NCBI RefSeq assembly: GCF_004376175.1
Contig: NZ_SNUY01000001.1
Location: 106,475 to 138,474, forward strand
Length of the DNA stretch: 32,000 bases
Source: Halalkalibacterium halodurans
GTDB taxonomy: Bacteria > Bacillota > Bacilli > Bacillales > Bacillaceae_D
Reading direction: 5' to 3'
Positions within the stretch are counted from its first letter, which is position 1. Every line of letters begins with the position of its first letter. The position numbers were made by a program, and so were the translations under genes. Of this stretch, positions 19,865-27,402 are shown piece after piece. Under the pieces are notes generated by a model, which saw only the letters and a list, made by a program, of their open reading frames with translations, was not told the origin of the DNA and did no database searches.

Positions 19865-20959
19865 ATGGAACGAATCAAACGCGTAATCGAATGGCTTAAA
19901 GACAATGACCACTCGATGGCCTTTATTCAAGACAAAACGTCGATTTTTTATTTAACCGGATTTTACTGCGACCCCCATGAACGGCTCGTTTCCTTGCTAC
20001 TTTTTCCAGAAGCAGAGCCATGCCTTATCTGCCCTAACATGGAAACTTCCCTTGTTAAAGAGGCAGGCTGGACAGGAGAAATTCTTGGCTATTCTGACAT
20101 TGAAGATCCGTGGCTACTCGTACGGCAAGCAGTTGAAAAACGGAACGCTGTGCTCACTTCCTGTATTGTAGAAGCTCCAAGGCTGACCTATGCACGGGTG
20201 CAAGCATTGCAAGACGCCTTTCCGGCGATTAAGTTAATTAACGGGGAACCATTCTTAATGGAGTTACGAAAGCAGAAGTCAGCCAAAGAATTAACGACGC
20301 TAAAAGAAGCGGCAGCCTTAGCCGACTACGGCGTCGAAGTAGGGGTACAGGCGATCCAAGAAGGTCGTTCCGAAATAGAGATTCTTGCTCTCATTGAATA
20401 TGAATTAAAGAGAAAAGGGGTTCGTGACATGTCGTTTGGTACCCTTGTCCTCTCTGGGGATCAGTCAGCCAATCCACACGGCAATCCCGGCAAACGTACG
20501 ATCAAAAAAGGAGATTTTGTACTGTTCGATTTAGGTGTTGTGTTGGACGGGTATTGCTCAGACATTACCCGGACTGTCGCGTTTCACCATGTGACCGATC
20601 AGCAACAGGACATTTATGAAACCGTACGAAAAGCCCAGCAAGCAGCACTGGATGCATGTCGGCCAGGAGTTGAGATTCGCACTCTTGATCAGATCGCGCG
20701 AACGATCATTACAGAGGCAGGCTATGGAGACTATTTCCCACACCGGATCGGACACGGCTTAGGCATGGAAGTTCACGAGCTTCCATCGTTAAACGAGACG
20801 AATACCGATCGCCTTCAAAAAGGCATGGTGTTTACGATCGAGCCCGGTATCTACCTTCCTAGTATTGGTGGTGTTCGAATTGAGGATGATGTCGTTATTA
20901 CAGAAGACGGATATCAAACCTTGACAAACTATCCGAAAAACTTGCAAATCATTACGTAG
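19865..20959 (+). CDS. M24-family Xaa-Pro dipeptidase/aminopeptidase
   Basis: 364-aa ORF. It carries the pita-bread metal-ligand motifs DLGVVLDGYCSDITRT, HRIGHGLGMEVHE and EPGIY..GGVRIED. RBS is AAAGGAAG. Confidence 0.88.
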   Translation: MERIKRVIEWLKDNDHSMAFIQDKTSIFYLTGFYCDPHERLVSLLLFPEAEPCLICPNMETSLVKEAGWTGEILGYSDIEDPWLLVRQAVEKRNAVLTSCIVEAPRLTYARVQALQDAFPAIKLINGEPFLMELRKQKSAKELTTLKEAAALADYGVEVGVQAIQEGRSEIEILALIEYELKRKGVRDMSFGTLVLSGDQSANPHGNPGKRTIKKGDFVLFDLGVVLDGYCSDITRTVAFHHVTDQQQDIYETVRKAQQAALDACRPGVEIRTLDQIARTIITEAGYGDYFPHRIGHGLGMEVHELPSLNETNTDRLQKGMVFTIEPGIYLPSIGGVRIEDDVVITEDGYQTLTNYPKNLQIIT

Positions 20960-21087
20960 ATGAAAGATGTGGACCTTTTCAACGCTTACAAGTGCTTAAA
21001 GTGGGATACATACATCGTGTATAAATCATTTCCTCAGCAAACACAATTGATTTACCAACTTATGTTATTAAACAAAATTTCGTTAGA

Positions 21088-21123
21088 AAAACGGATGAAC
21101 GAGACAAGGTCGTTCATCCGTTT
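21088..21123. terminator. Bidirectional terminator between the peptidase gene (+) and ald (-)
   Basis: AAACGGATGAACG-AGACAAGGT-CGTTCATCCGTTT, a perfect 13-bp stem. Confidence 0.8.
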
Positions 21124-21139
21124 CTCTACCTTCTCCTGA

Positions 21140-22255
21140 TTAAGCAAGTAGGTCCATAACATCCTTATACGGTTTGTTTTGTGAGACTGCGACAGCTTCA
21201 TATACGATATGGCCAGCTAAAGTATTTAATCCTTTGCGTAACGCTGGGTCATCCAGACACGCTTGAACGTACCCTTTATTCGCGATGGCGAGCGCATATG
21301 GAATCGTCACATTCGTCAAACCGATCGTAGATGTGCGTGGAACGGCTCCTGGCATGTTGGCAACAGCATAATGTAGCACACCATGCTTCTCATAGGTTGG
21401 ATTACTATGAGTGGTGATACGATCCGATGTCGCAACAATTCCCCCTTGGTCAATTGCCACATCGACGATAACGGAGCCTGGTTGCATGGACGCCACCATT
21501 TCTTCGGTCACAAGCTTCGGTGCTTTTGCCCCTGGAATGAGCACTGCGCCAATAACGAGGTCTGATTCTTTGACGGTTTCGGCGATGTTAAGCGGATTTG
21601 ACATAAGCGTATTGATCGACTCCCCAAACAAATCGTCAAGCTGACGGAGTCTGTCAGGATTTAAGTCTAATATGGTCACATCTGCCCCTAAGCCGACAGC
21701 GATCTTGGCAGCGTTCGTCCCGACGACCCCTCCACCGATGACGGCCACCTTTCCTCGCTTCACACCGGGAAGACCCGAAAGCAGGACTCCTTTACCACCT
21801 TGCGTCTTCTCTAAAAATTGTGCCCCGATTTGTGAAGCCATCCGACCAGCCACCTCGCTCATCGGTGTTAAAAGCGGCAGCGCCCCGTTTGCAAGCTGCA
21901 CGGTTTCATAAGCGATTCCGATCACTTTTTTCTCAAGAAGAGCATCCGTTAGCTTGAGTTCAGGAGCAAGATGAAGATACGTGAACAAAATCAATCCTTC
22001 ACGAAAAAAACCATATTCTTCGGGGAGTGGTTCCTTTACTTTCATGACCATCTCCATCTGCCATACTTCGTCTGCCGTATCGACGATCTTCGCTCCTGCT
22101 ATGACAAATTGTTCATCCGTAAAACCAGAACCTTCTCCTGCCCCTTTTTGTACGATTACCTCATGTCCATGCTGCGTTAAAGTCATGACTCCAGCAGGTG
22201 TGATCGCGACTCGATTTTCATTGTTCTTCACTTCCGTTGGCACGCCGATTTTCAT
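21140..22255 (-). CDS. ald: Alanine dehydrogenase
   Basis: ORF 21140..22264. The product reads [23 protein letters not shown]...[26 protein letters not shown]..., 371 aa from the ATG at 22255. That ATG lies 9 nt after AGGAGGG. The first ATG abuts the SD. Confidence 0.94.
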   Translation of the reverse strand: MKIGVPTEVKNNENRVAITPAGVMTLTQHGHEVIVQKGAGEGSGFTDEQFVIAGAKIVDTADEVWQMEMVMKVKEPLPEEYGFFREGLILFTYLHLAPELKLTDALLEKKVIGIAYETVQLANGALPLLTPMSEVAGRMASQIGAQFLEKTQGGKGVLLSGLPGVKRGKVAVIGGGVVGTNAAKIAVGLGADVTILDLNPDRLRQLDDLFGESINTLMSNPLNIAETVKESDLVIGAVLIPGAKAPKLVTEEMVASMQPGSVIVDVAIDQGGIVATSDRITTHSNPTYEKHGVLHYAVANMPGAVPRTSTIGLTNVTIPYALAIANKGYVQACLDDPALRKGLNTLAGHIVYEAVAVSQNKPYKDVMDLLA

Positions 22256-22429
22256 TTTGCTCATCCCTCCTTTTATTCACGTATTGTCAAAACTTTATAT
22301 AGAAATAGGTTAATAAATCCTATATTAGAGGGCTTTATAAGCAAAAAACTTGCCACCCCCCTGAATTCTAAGGTATTGATGAGGTAACCACACGACATCA
22401 ATCCCCTTAAGAAAAAAGGATGTGACAAG

Positions 22430-23863
22430 TTGTTACCTCAAATTATAACCTATTTACTTATGTTAATAAACTATCAAGAACAAATGATTCGAACGTTGCT
22501 TACCCTACTGATTGGGAAAAGCATGTTTGATAAGCCAATAGAAGCGCCAGTGAACAAACCTTATCGGAAACTTCAAGTCGACGATCTGCCGATCATTGAA
22601 GTACCAGAAAAACTTGATTTTAAACAGTTATTAACTGAGCATCTGGCGGCGAATGGAAAGCCTCTTAAACCGGTACAGAGACGTTCTAATTCAACACCTG
22701 TTCCTGCGTCAATGAAATGTCCAAAGTGTGGTGCTCCATCCGAGTATTTGTATGCCAATAATGGAGGGAAAGGACAGTTTCAATGTAAGGTGTGTTCCTG
22801 TCTTTTTAATCAAAAAAGCCGCTATCTCAAAGAGGCCATCCTTAAGTGCCCTCACTGTGCCAAGACTCTTGAAAAAATCAAGGAAAGAAAAGACTTTAAT
22901 GTGTTTAAGTGTAAAAACAATGACTGTTCCTACTACCAAAAGAAATTGAGTAGAATGTCACAAAAAGAGAAAAAACGGTTCAAAGAAGACCCTCAAGCCT
23001 TTAAAATGCGGTATATTTACCGCCAGTTTCACATTGACTATCAACCGTTAGCGAAACATTCACCCAAGAAGCCAAAAGTCGATTTATCAAGGCTTTATGT
23101 GTCTCCACATACACTTGGACTCATTCTGACGTATCACGTGAATTACGGGCTATCCGCTCGTAAAACAGCTGCACTGATGAAAGATATTCATGGTGTATCC
23201 ATTTCTCACCAAAGCATTTTAAACTACGAAAACAGTGTAGCACTTACGCTTAAGCCTTACGTCGACCACTACCCTTATGAGCTTTCAGATCAATTCTGTG
23301 GTGACGAAACGTATATCCGTGTGAATGGTCGTTGGCACTATCTGTTTTTCTTTTTTGATGCGGTGAAAAAGGTGATTCTCTCATACCCTGTCTCACCAAA
23401 TCGAGACACAGCGACCGCCATTCGAGCGATTGACGAAGTATTACTTAAGCTGAAAGAGATTCCTGAGAACCTTACATTCGTTGTCGATGGAAACCCAATC
23501 TACTTGTTAGCACAGCATTTCTTTTCCCAACATGAGATTCCATTTGACGTAATACAAGTCATCGGCTTAACCAATGAAGATGAAGTCTCCAAGGAATATA
23601 GACCGCTAAAACAGATTATTGAGAGACTGAATCGAACCTTTAAAGGCAACTACCGATCCACTCACGGATTCGGGTCAGAACAAGGATCCGTATCATTTGT
23701 GACCTTATTTGTGGCTTACTTCAACTTTCTAAGACCGCATTCAGCCTTGGAAGGTAAAGTTCCTGTTCTCATTCCAGAGTTAGAACAACTTCCAAACATG
23801 CCAGCACGCTGGACCAAGCTGATTGACTTAGCTCAACAATGGTTGATTGATCAGACTGCCTAG
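22430..23863 (+). CDS. IS6/IS240-like DDE transposase with an N-terminal double zinc-ribbon extension
   Basis: 477-aa ORF. The catalytic region resembles IS6/IS26/IS240 transposases: CGDETYIRVNGRWHYLFFFFDAV (D), FVVDGNPIY (D), IERLNRTFKGNY (E). The N-terminus has CPKCG..x..CKVCS and CPHCA..x..CKNNDC. The start (TTG at 22430 after AAAGGA, or a later ATG) is uncertain. Confidence 0.85.
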   Translation: MLPQIITYLLMLINYQEQMIRTLLTLLIGKSMFDKPIEAPVNKPYRKLQVDDLPIIEVPEKLDFKQLLTEHLAANGKPLKPVQRRSNSTPVPASMKCPKCGAPSEYLYANNGGKGQFQCKVCSCLFNQKSRYLKEAILKCPHCAKTLEKIKERKDFNVFKCKNNDCSYYQKKLSRMSQKEKKRFKEDPQAFKMRYIYRQFHIDYQPLAKHSPKKPKVDLSRLYVSPHTLGLILTYHVNYGLSARKTAALMKDIHGVSISHQSILNYENSVALTLKPYVDHYPYELSDQFCGDETYIRVNGRWHYLFFFFDAVKKVILSYPVSPNRDTATAIRAIDEVLLKLKEIPENLTFVVDGNPIYLLAQHFFSQHEIPFDVIQVIGLTNEDEVSKEYRPLKQIIERLNRTFKGNYRSTHGFGSEQGSVSFVTLFVAYFNFLRPHSALEGKVPVLIPELEQLPNMPARWTKLIDLAQQWLIDQTA

Positions 23864-23890
23864 CTTTTGTTTAGCTGAGCCCTAACATCA

Positions 23891-24040
23891 GCAATCGGCG
23901 TAGCGAACTCTTGACAAACCGAACTTGCCAATGGTTTAAAATGGAAATAACCAAGGGCTATTTGGTATGCCTTCTTTTGTCCCCTTCGCCCTTGTTTAGC
24001 CTTAGTCAAAACCATTGGCGTGTTTGTCAAGAGCGATTGC
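23891..24040. repeat. Roughly 150-nt segmented imperfect palindrome (rod-like hairpin)
   Basis: There are four collinear arm pairs. They are GCAATCG/CGATTGC (23891-97 / 24034-40), CTCTTGACAAAC/GTTTGTCAAGAG (23908-19 / 24022-33), CCAATGGTTT/AAACCATTGG (23928-37 / 24009-18) and CAAGGGC/GCCCTTG (23952-58 / 23989-95). Confidence 0.7.
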
Positions 24041-24113
24041 GGGGCTCCTCCACCCACAAAAGAGAAAAGAACTGAATGCCTAGTGAGTTTTCATAGAACT
24101 TTTGACATTACCT

Positions 24114-24494
24114 TTATTCATTTGATTCCTTTTTCCACACCCATGTAAACAGCTTTCCTTTCTCGTTCATATACCGAGCCTCAAAGCGAGTCAGGTCGGG
24201 AAATTTTTGTTTGATTCGCTTTACCATTTCTTCTGCTTCTGCCTGCTCATGGATGCCAGCGACTTTTACGATTTCTCGGACGGCTTTCTTTGCTTCTTCT
24301 CCCTTAATTACCTTTGTTCCGACTTCATATTCAAAGTGATTCGGATTGTCATATTCCCACTCATGTAAAGTGTCTCCTTGCCATACTTTGATACGCACTG
24401 AATAGTTGCCCATTAATCCACTTGCTTCCGCTAATGAATGGACACCTAGCACCACAAAACTACTGATCAATAAAAAAACGACCCATCTTTTCAC
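24114..24494 (-). CDS. Secreted YusW-like protein (signal peptide)
   Basis: 126-aa ORF. The GTG start lies 5 nt after GAGGTGA. The N-terminal signal is VVFLLISSFVVLGVHSLAEA. The repeat-like EWEYDNPNHFEYEV pattern recalls the YusW-like family, but that assignment is from memory. Confidence 0.6.
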   Translation of the reverse strand: MKRWVVFLLISSFVVLGVHSLAEASGLMGNYSVRIKVWQGDTLHEWEYDNPNHFEYEVGTKVIKGEEAKKAVREIVKVAGIHEQAEAEEMVKRIKQKFPDLTRFEARYMNEKGKLFTWVWKKESNE

Positions 24495-24546
24495 TCATCT
24501 CACCTCGTCGTTAGAATGTGTGAAAAAATGGATCGTTATTCATCTC

Positions 24547-25305
24547 TTACCGATAACGATGCAATACATCGACAGCACCTGTGACCTCTATAACCGAACC
24601 TGTTACCATATCCGAGTCATCCTCACATAAAAAGGCCACTGTCCGAGCAATATCTTCCCCCGTTCCTGAACGACCAATCGGGGTGTCAGGGTCTTTTTGT
24701 TTACGTGACTCCTCAATTGTAGCTTCTTTCATTTCCCCTACTATATTTCCCGGGCAGACCATATTCACGGTAATTCCGTACTCTGCCTCTTCCACAGCGA
24801 CTGTTTTCATTAATGAGACAAGACCTACTTTTGCCGCAGCATACGCTGACCGATAGAGCCAAGCAGGAGCTGTATTTGCCCCTTGAAATCCGTATAAAAT
24901 AATCCGTCCAAACTGTTGGTTGCGCATGATGGGGAGAACCTTTTTGAACATATAAAAGGCAGCGCTTAAATTCCCATTCACCATCGTCTGCCATTCATGC
25001 TCTTCATAGTCAAAAAGCTTTTTACGTTCGAAAATATAAGGCCCTGCGTTATTCACGACAACATCGATTCGACCAAAGCGATCATAAGCCCCGTCCACTA
25101 GACGGTAAATATCCTCTTTTTTCGTTACATCGACTTGAACTAGTTGAATTCGATCTTTAAGATGGCCCCACGTCGTTTCCAACTGCTTCATCGCTTCGTC
25201 TTCCGTTCGATAGCTAACGGTCACCGTGTATCCTTTTTTAAGCAGGGCTTTTGTTACTTGAACTCCAAGCCCTTTAGTACCCGATGTTACTAGCGCATGT
25301 CGCAT
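24547..25305 (-). CDS. Short-chain dehydrogenase/reductase (SDR), 3-oxoacyl-ACP-reductase-like
   Basis: 252-aa ORF. It has the TGxxxGxG-type N-terminus (VTSGTKGLG), NNAG, and the YxxxK catalytic motif (YAAAKVG). RBS is GAAGGAGGAG. Confidence 0.88.
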   Translation of the reverse strand: MRHALVTSGTKGLGVQVTKALLKKGYTVTVSYRTEDEAMKQLETTWGHLKDRIQLVQVDVTKKEDIYRLVDGAYDRFGRIDVVVNNAGPYIFERKKLFDYEEHEWQTMVNGNLSAAFYMFKKVLPIMRNQQFGRIILYGFQGANTAPAWLYRSAYAAAKVGLVSLMKTVAVEEAEYGITVNMVCPGNIVGEMKEATIEESRKQKDPDTPIGRSGTGEDIARTVAFLCEDDSDMVTGSVIEVTGAVDVLHRYR

Positions 25306-25406
25306 CCATTCTCCTCCTTCAAATCATGGCCACTTTCTCATGTAAATCATACTATGATTAAAAGCCATAGTAAAAACATACGCTAGAGACACCGAACTTT
25401 TCCTTA

Positions 25407-25568
25407 TTAATTAGTTTCGTCTACATGTGTGAGTTCATCATTCATTCGTTTCGCTTGATGAACTTCTTCATCTTCATGGCGTTTGTCTACATCCACCCGA
25501 ACGCGGTCACGAGCGGTAAATGATCGGTCCACTCGGTTTTCTTTCGTTCTTTTATCATCTCTCATCAT
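25407..25568 (-). CDS. Small, highly charged hypothetical protein (53 aa), not in the ORF track
   Basis: Manual translation gives MMRDDKRTKENRVDRSFTARDRVRVDVDKRHEDEEVHQAKRMNDELTHVDETN*. AAAGGAGGG lies immediately upstream. The start is the ATG at 25568 or at 25565. Confidence 0.5.
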   Translation of the reverse strand: MMRDDKRTKENRVDRSFTARDRVRVDVDKRHEDEEVHQAKRMNDELTHVDETN

Positions 25569-25699
25569 CTACCCTCCTTTCAAATCACCTTTAGAATCCC
25601 TCCATCGTTTTTTTTTACACTTTAGTTTCTAAAAAAGGTAGGAAAACGAATATTTTCGCTATTAAGATTGGCGGTAAGCCACGTTTTCCTACTGAAATG

Positions 25700-25725
25700 G
25701 TTTCCATATCCAACCTTTCGGGAAT
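25700..25725 (+). promoter_or_regulatory. Candidate sigma-B-type promoter for the usp gene (GTTTCC-14 nt-GGGAAT)
   Basis: GTTTCC at 25700-25705 and GGGAAT at 25720-25725 compare with the B. subtilis SigB consensus GTTTAA-N12-14-GGGWAW. The site is about 30 nt upstream of the usp start. This is a motif match only. Confidence 0.35.
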
Positions 25726-25757
25726 AGAATAATGAGTAGAGAAAAGAGGTGAGTTCG

Positions 25758-26201
25758 ATGTACAACCATATTCTTGTCGCAGTGGATGGATCCCCTCAGG
25801 CGAAGCGAGCATTATATAAAGCGTTTAACTATGCCAAAGAGTTTAAAGCCGATTTGTTCATCTGCCACGTAATTGACAGTCGTTCGTTTGCTACAGTTGA
25901 ACAATATGATCGCACCGTCGTCGGATCAGCTGAATTGGATGGCAAAAAGCTGTTGCAGCGTTATAGTGAGGAGGCCGAGAAGGCTGGCGTGGACAAAGTG
26001 CATACCATCCTTGATTTCGGTAGCCCTAAAGCAAACATCTCTAAAACAATTGCCCAAAAATACGATATTGATTTAATTATCACTGGTGCTACGGGCTTAA
26101 ATGCAGTTGAACGCTTTTTGATGGGAAGCGTATCTGAATCGGTGGCTCGTCACGCTAAATGCGATGTGCTTATCGTTCGTAACGACCAAGATCAATCATG
26201 A
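25758..26201 (+). CDS. Universal stress protein (UspA family)
   Basis: ORF 25749..26201. The ATG at 25758 lies 8 nt after AAGAGG. The product reads MYNHILVAVDGSPQAKRAL...DLIITGATGLNAVERFLMGSVSESVARHAKCDVLIV, the classical Usp ATP-binding motif. Confidence 0.9.
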   Translation: MYNHILVAVDGSPQAKRALYKAFNYAKEFKADLFICHVIDSRSFATVEQYDRTVVGSAELDGKKLLQRYSEEAEKAGVDKVHTILDFGSPKANISKTIAQKYDIDLIITGATGLNAVERFLMGSVSESVARHAKCDVLIVRNDQDQS

Positions 26202-26290
26202 TCGAAATACTTGATCGCGAAATCTACATGGTGAAATGATTGCTTTTCTTCTACTTTAGCCGCATATAAACAGAACTTAATTAATGCAAT

Positions 26291-26325
26291 AAAAGGACTG
26301 CCGCTAGTAGCGGTGGTCCTTTTCT
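26291..26325 (+). terminator. usp terminator, with its T-tract interrupted by the IS1182-like element
   Basis: AAAAGGACTGCCGC-TAGTA-GCGGTGGTCCTTTTCT. The TTTTCT (26320-26325) is repeated at 27250-27255 on the other side of the inserted element. Confidence 0.65.
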
Positions 26326-26399
26326 GGGGCTGTCCCAAAAGCACCTTAAAACATAAAATCGGGAGAACCGTTTGATGCGGTTCTCCCGATTTTTGTGTT

Positions 26400-26880
26400 G
26401 ATTTGTGTTCTTTGGTTCCTTCGAGCGACGATCCACCGTCGCTCGTTTCCTTAGGTTGTGGGCAAGAGCCACAAGCCCGAGCTCGATGTGCACGTTTTCT
26501 TTGCCGCGAAGATGGTATCCTTTGGAATCCGAGGTTTTGTTTGACATGACCAAATACGCTCTCCACATCCGTTTTTCTTTTTTGGAAGAGCGTTCAGCCT
26601 TCTTCGCTTTTCAGTTTTTGATGTTGCTTCGCTTTGAGTTCCTCATACAACGGGTTGTAGTGTATCTGTCGATTTCCCCGTACTTGAACAGACATCCTTC
26701 ACATGACTCACACTCATACACTTTAAAATCCCGTGTATAACCATACGTATCGATTCGCTTGGTGTATCGTTTAAAAGAGACTTTCCGCTGATTTGGACAC
26801 TGTTCGATCATGTCATTCACCACACGTGCCGCATGGTTCTGTGGAATGGATCGAAAAATCCATAGGAAGCACGAGTTGAT
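26400..26880 (-). pseudogene. IS1182-family transposase, C-terminal remnant with frameshifts and an in-frame stop
   Basis: Three frames are needed to read the sequence. They give ...NDMIEQCPNQRKVSFKRYTKRIDTYGYTRDFKVYECESCEGC..., then YNPLYEELKAKQHQKLKSEEG*TLFQKRKTDVESVFGHVKQNLGFQR, then YHLRGKENVHIELGLVALAHNLRK. These are the conserved C-terminal blocks of IS1182-type transposases. The N-terminal roughly 350 aa are absent. Confidence 0.7.
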
Positions 26881-27030
26881 TCATGGTCTACTGCTGATAA
26901 GTAGCCGTTTGGTTACGTAAAAAATCGCCTTCTTTCGTTTGAATTTTGGTAGTGGTACCTTCATGTTAAACGATTGGGCGATTTTTTTGTATGTTCTTTC
27001 GAGCGTTAATGGGAGTCGAACGAGCGACAG

Positions 27031-27116
27031 GCGGCGACTCCTGCGGGAAAAGCAACAGCGGAGGATCGCCGAGAGTGGGGTTCTCGAGGAAGCTGGAGCG
27101 TTGCCCGCGGCAAAGA
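27031..27116 (+). repeat. Copy B of the structured repeat (CTGCGGGAAAAGCAA...CCCGCGGCAA)
   Basis: CTGCGGG is at 27041-47 and CCCGCGG at 27104-10, the same 70-nt span as copy A. The internal hairpin is CGAGA/TCTCG (27070-74 / 27082-86) with a 7-nt loop. Confidence 0.55.
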
Positions 27117-27402
27117 AAACACGACGAATGCAAACAAAGTGTGCGTGAGTCGATGTTGCACTTGTGCCTGTGGTGAAAGCGTCCGCCAAGTCGCGATTTA
27201 GAACAAATCAGAAAAGCTGACTCAAAAAATAGACTTTTGAGACAGCTCCTTTTCTACTTTAAACATATACTTTTTTCATGTTAACAAACGTTTTTTCTTA
27301 ACTGTTTTATTTTATTCTTCCTCTTGTAATAGTCCTTCTTGGTATATAATTGAACTTGTAAGTAACGGGCCGTTTTATGAAGAAATATGTAGGGGTGATT
27401 CA

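Larger units (their letters stand above)
22340..24045 (+). mobile_element. IS6-like insertion sequence; approximate extent, ends NOT resolved
   Basis: An intact transposase gene lies between the ald upstream region and an unrelated gene. I could not find statistically convincing terminal inverted repeats or an 8-bp target duplication by eye. The coordinates are a guess that includes the structured 3' region. Confidence 0.3.
26326..27249 (-). mobile_element. Non-autonomous, decayed IS1182-family derivative bounded by 16-bp IRs and a 6-bp direct repeat
   Basis: GGGGCTGTCCCAAAAG (26326-26341) matches the rc of CTTTTGAGACAGCTCC (27234-27249) at 14/16 positions. TTTTCT lies immediately outside both ends (26320-25 and 27250-55). 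The interior carries only C-terminal transposase fragments. Confidence 0.6.

Noticed and set aside
22275-22373. Candidate IS6 ends and duplications. ATTCACGTATTGTCAAAAC compares with the rc of GTTTGTCAAGAGCGATT. AACTTGCCA occurs at 22347 and 23921. CCACCC...CTGAATNC occurs at 22353-22373 and 24051-24084.
   Set aside because: My rough estimate is that matches of this quality (about 11-12 of 17 positions, or 6-9-mers) are expected by chance between two roughly 200-nt windows. They are therefore not used to define the IS boundaries.
23860-24057. 65-aa minus-strand ORF spanning the palindrome 3' of the IS6-like transposase gene.
   Set aside because: There is no RBS. The ORF exists only because of the palindrome, and the sequence is symmetric at the nucleotide level rather than protein-like.
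26948-26959. GGTAGTGGTACC inside a terminator-like hairpin resembles the T-box core (GGGTGGTACCGCG).
   Set aside because: There is no Stem I, specifier loop, AGAGA or GNUGA motif, or downstream aminoacyl-tRNA-related gene. It lies inside a decayed IS, and the match is short and imperfect.
26881-27189. Three overlapping ORFs over repeat copy B (26881..27189 minus, 26939..27148 plus, 26991..27176 plus). Related cases are 15135..15326 (minus) over copy A and 14751..14975 (plus), which starts inside the terminator.
   Set aside because: They are mutually overlapping on both strands, lack RBS, are Arg/Ser/Gly-rich, and coincide with a structured nucleotide repeat. They are best explained as non-coding.
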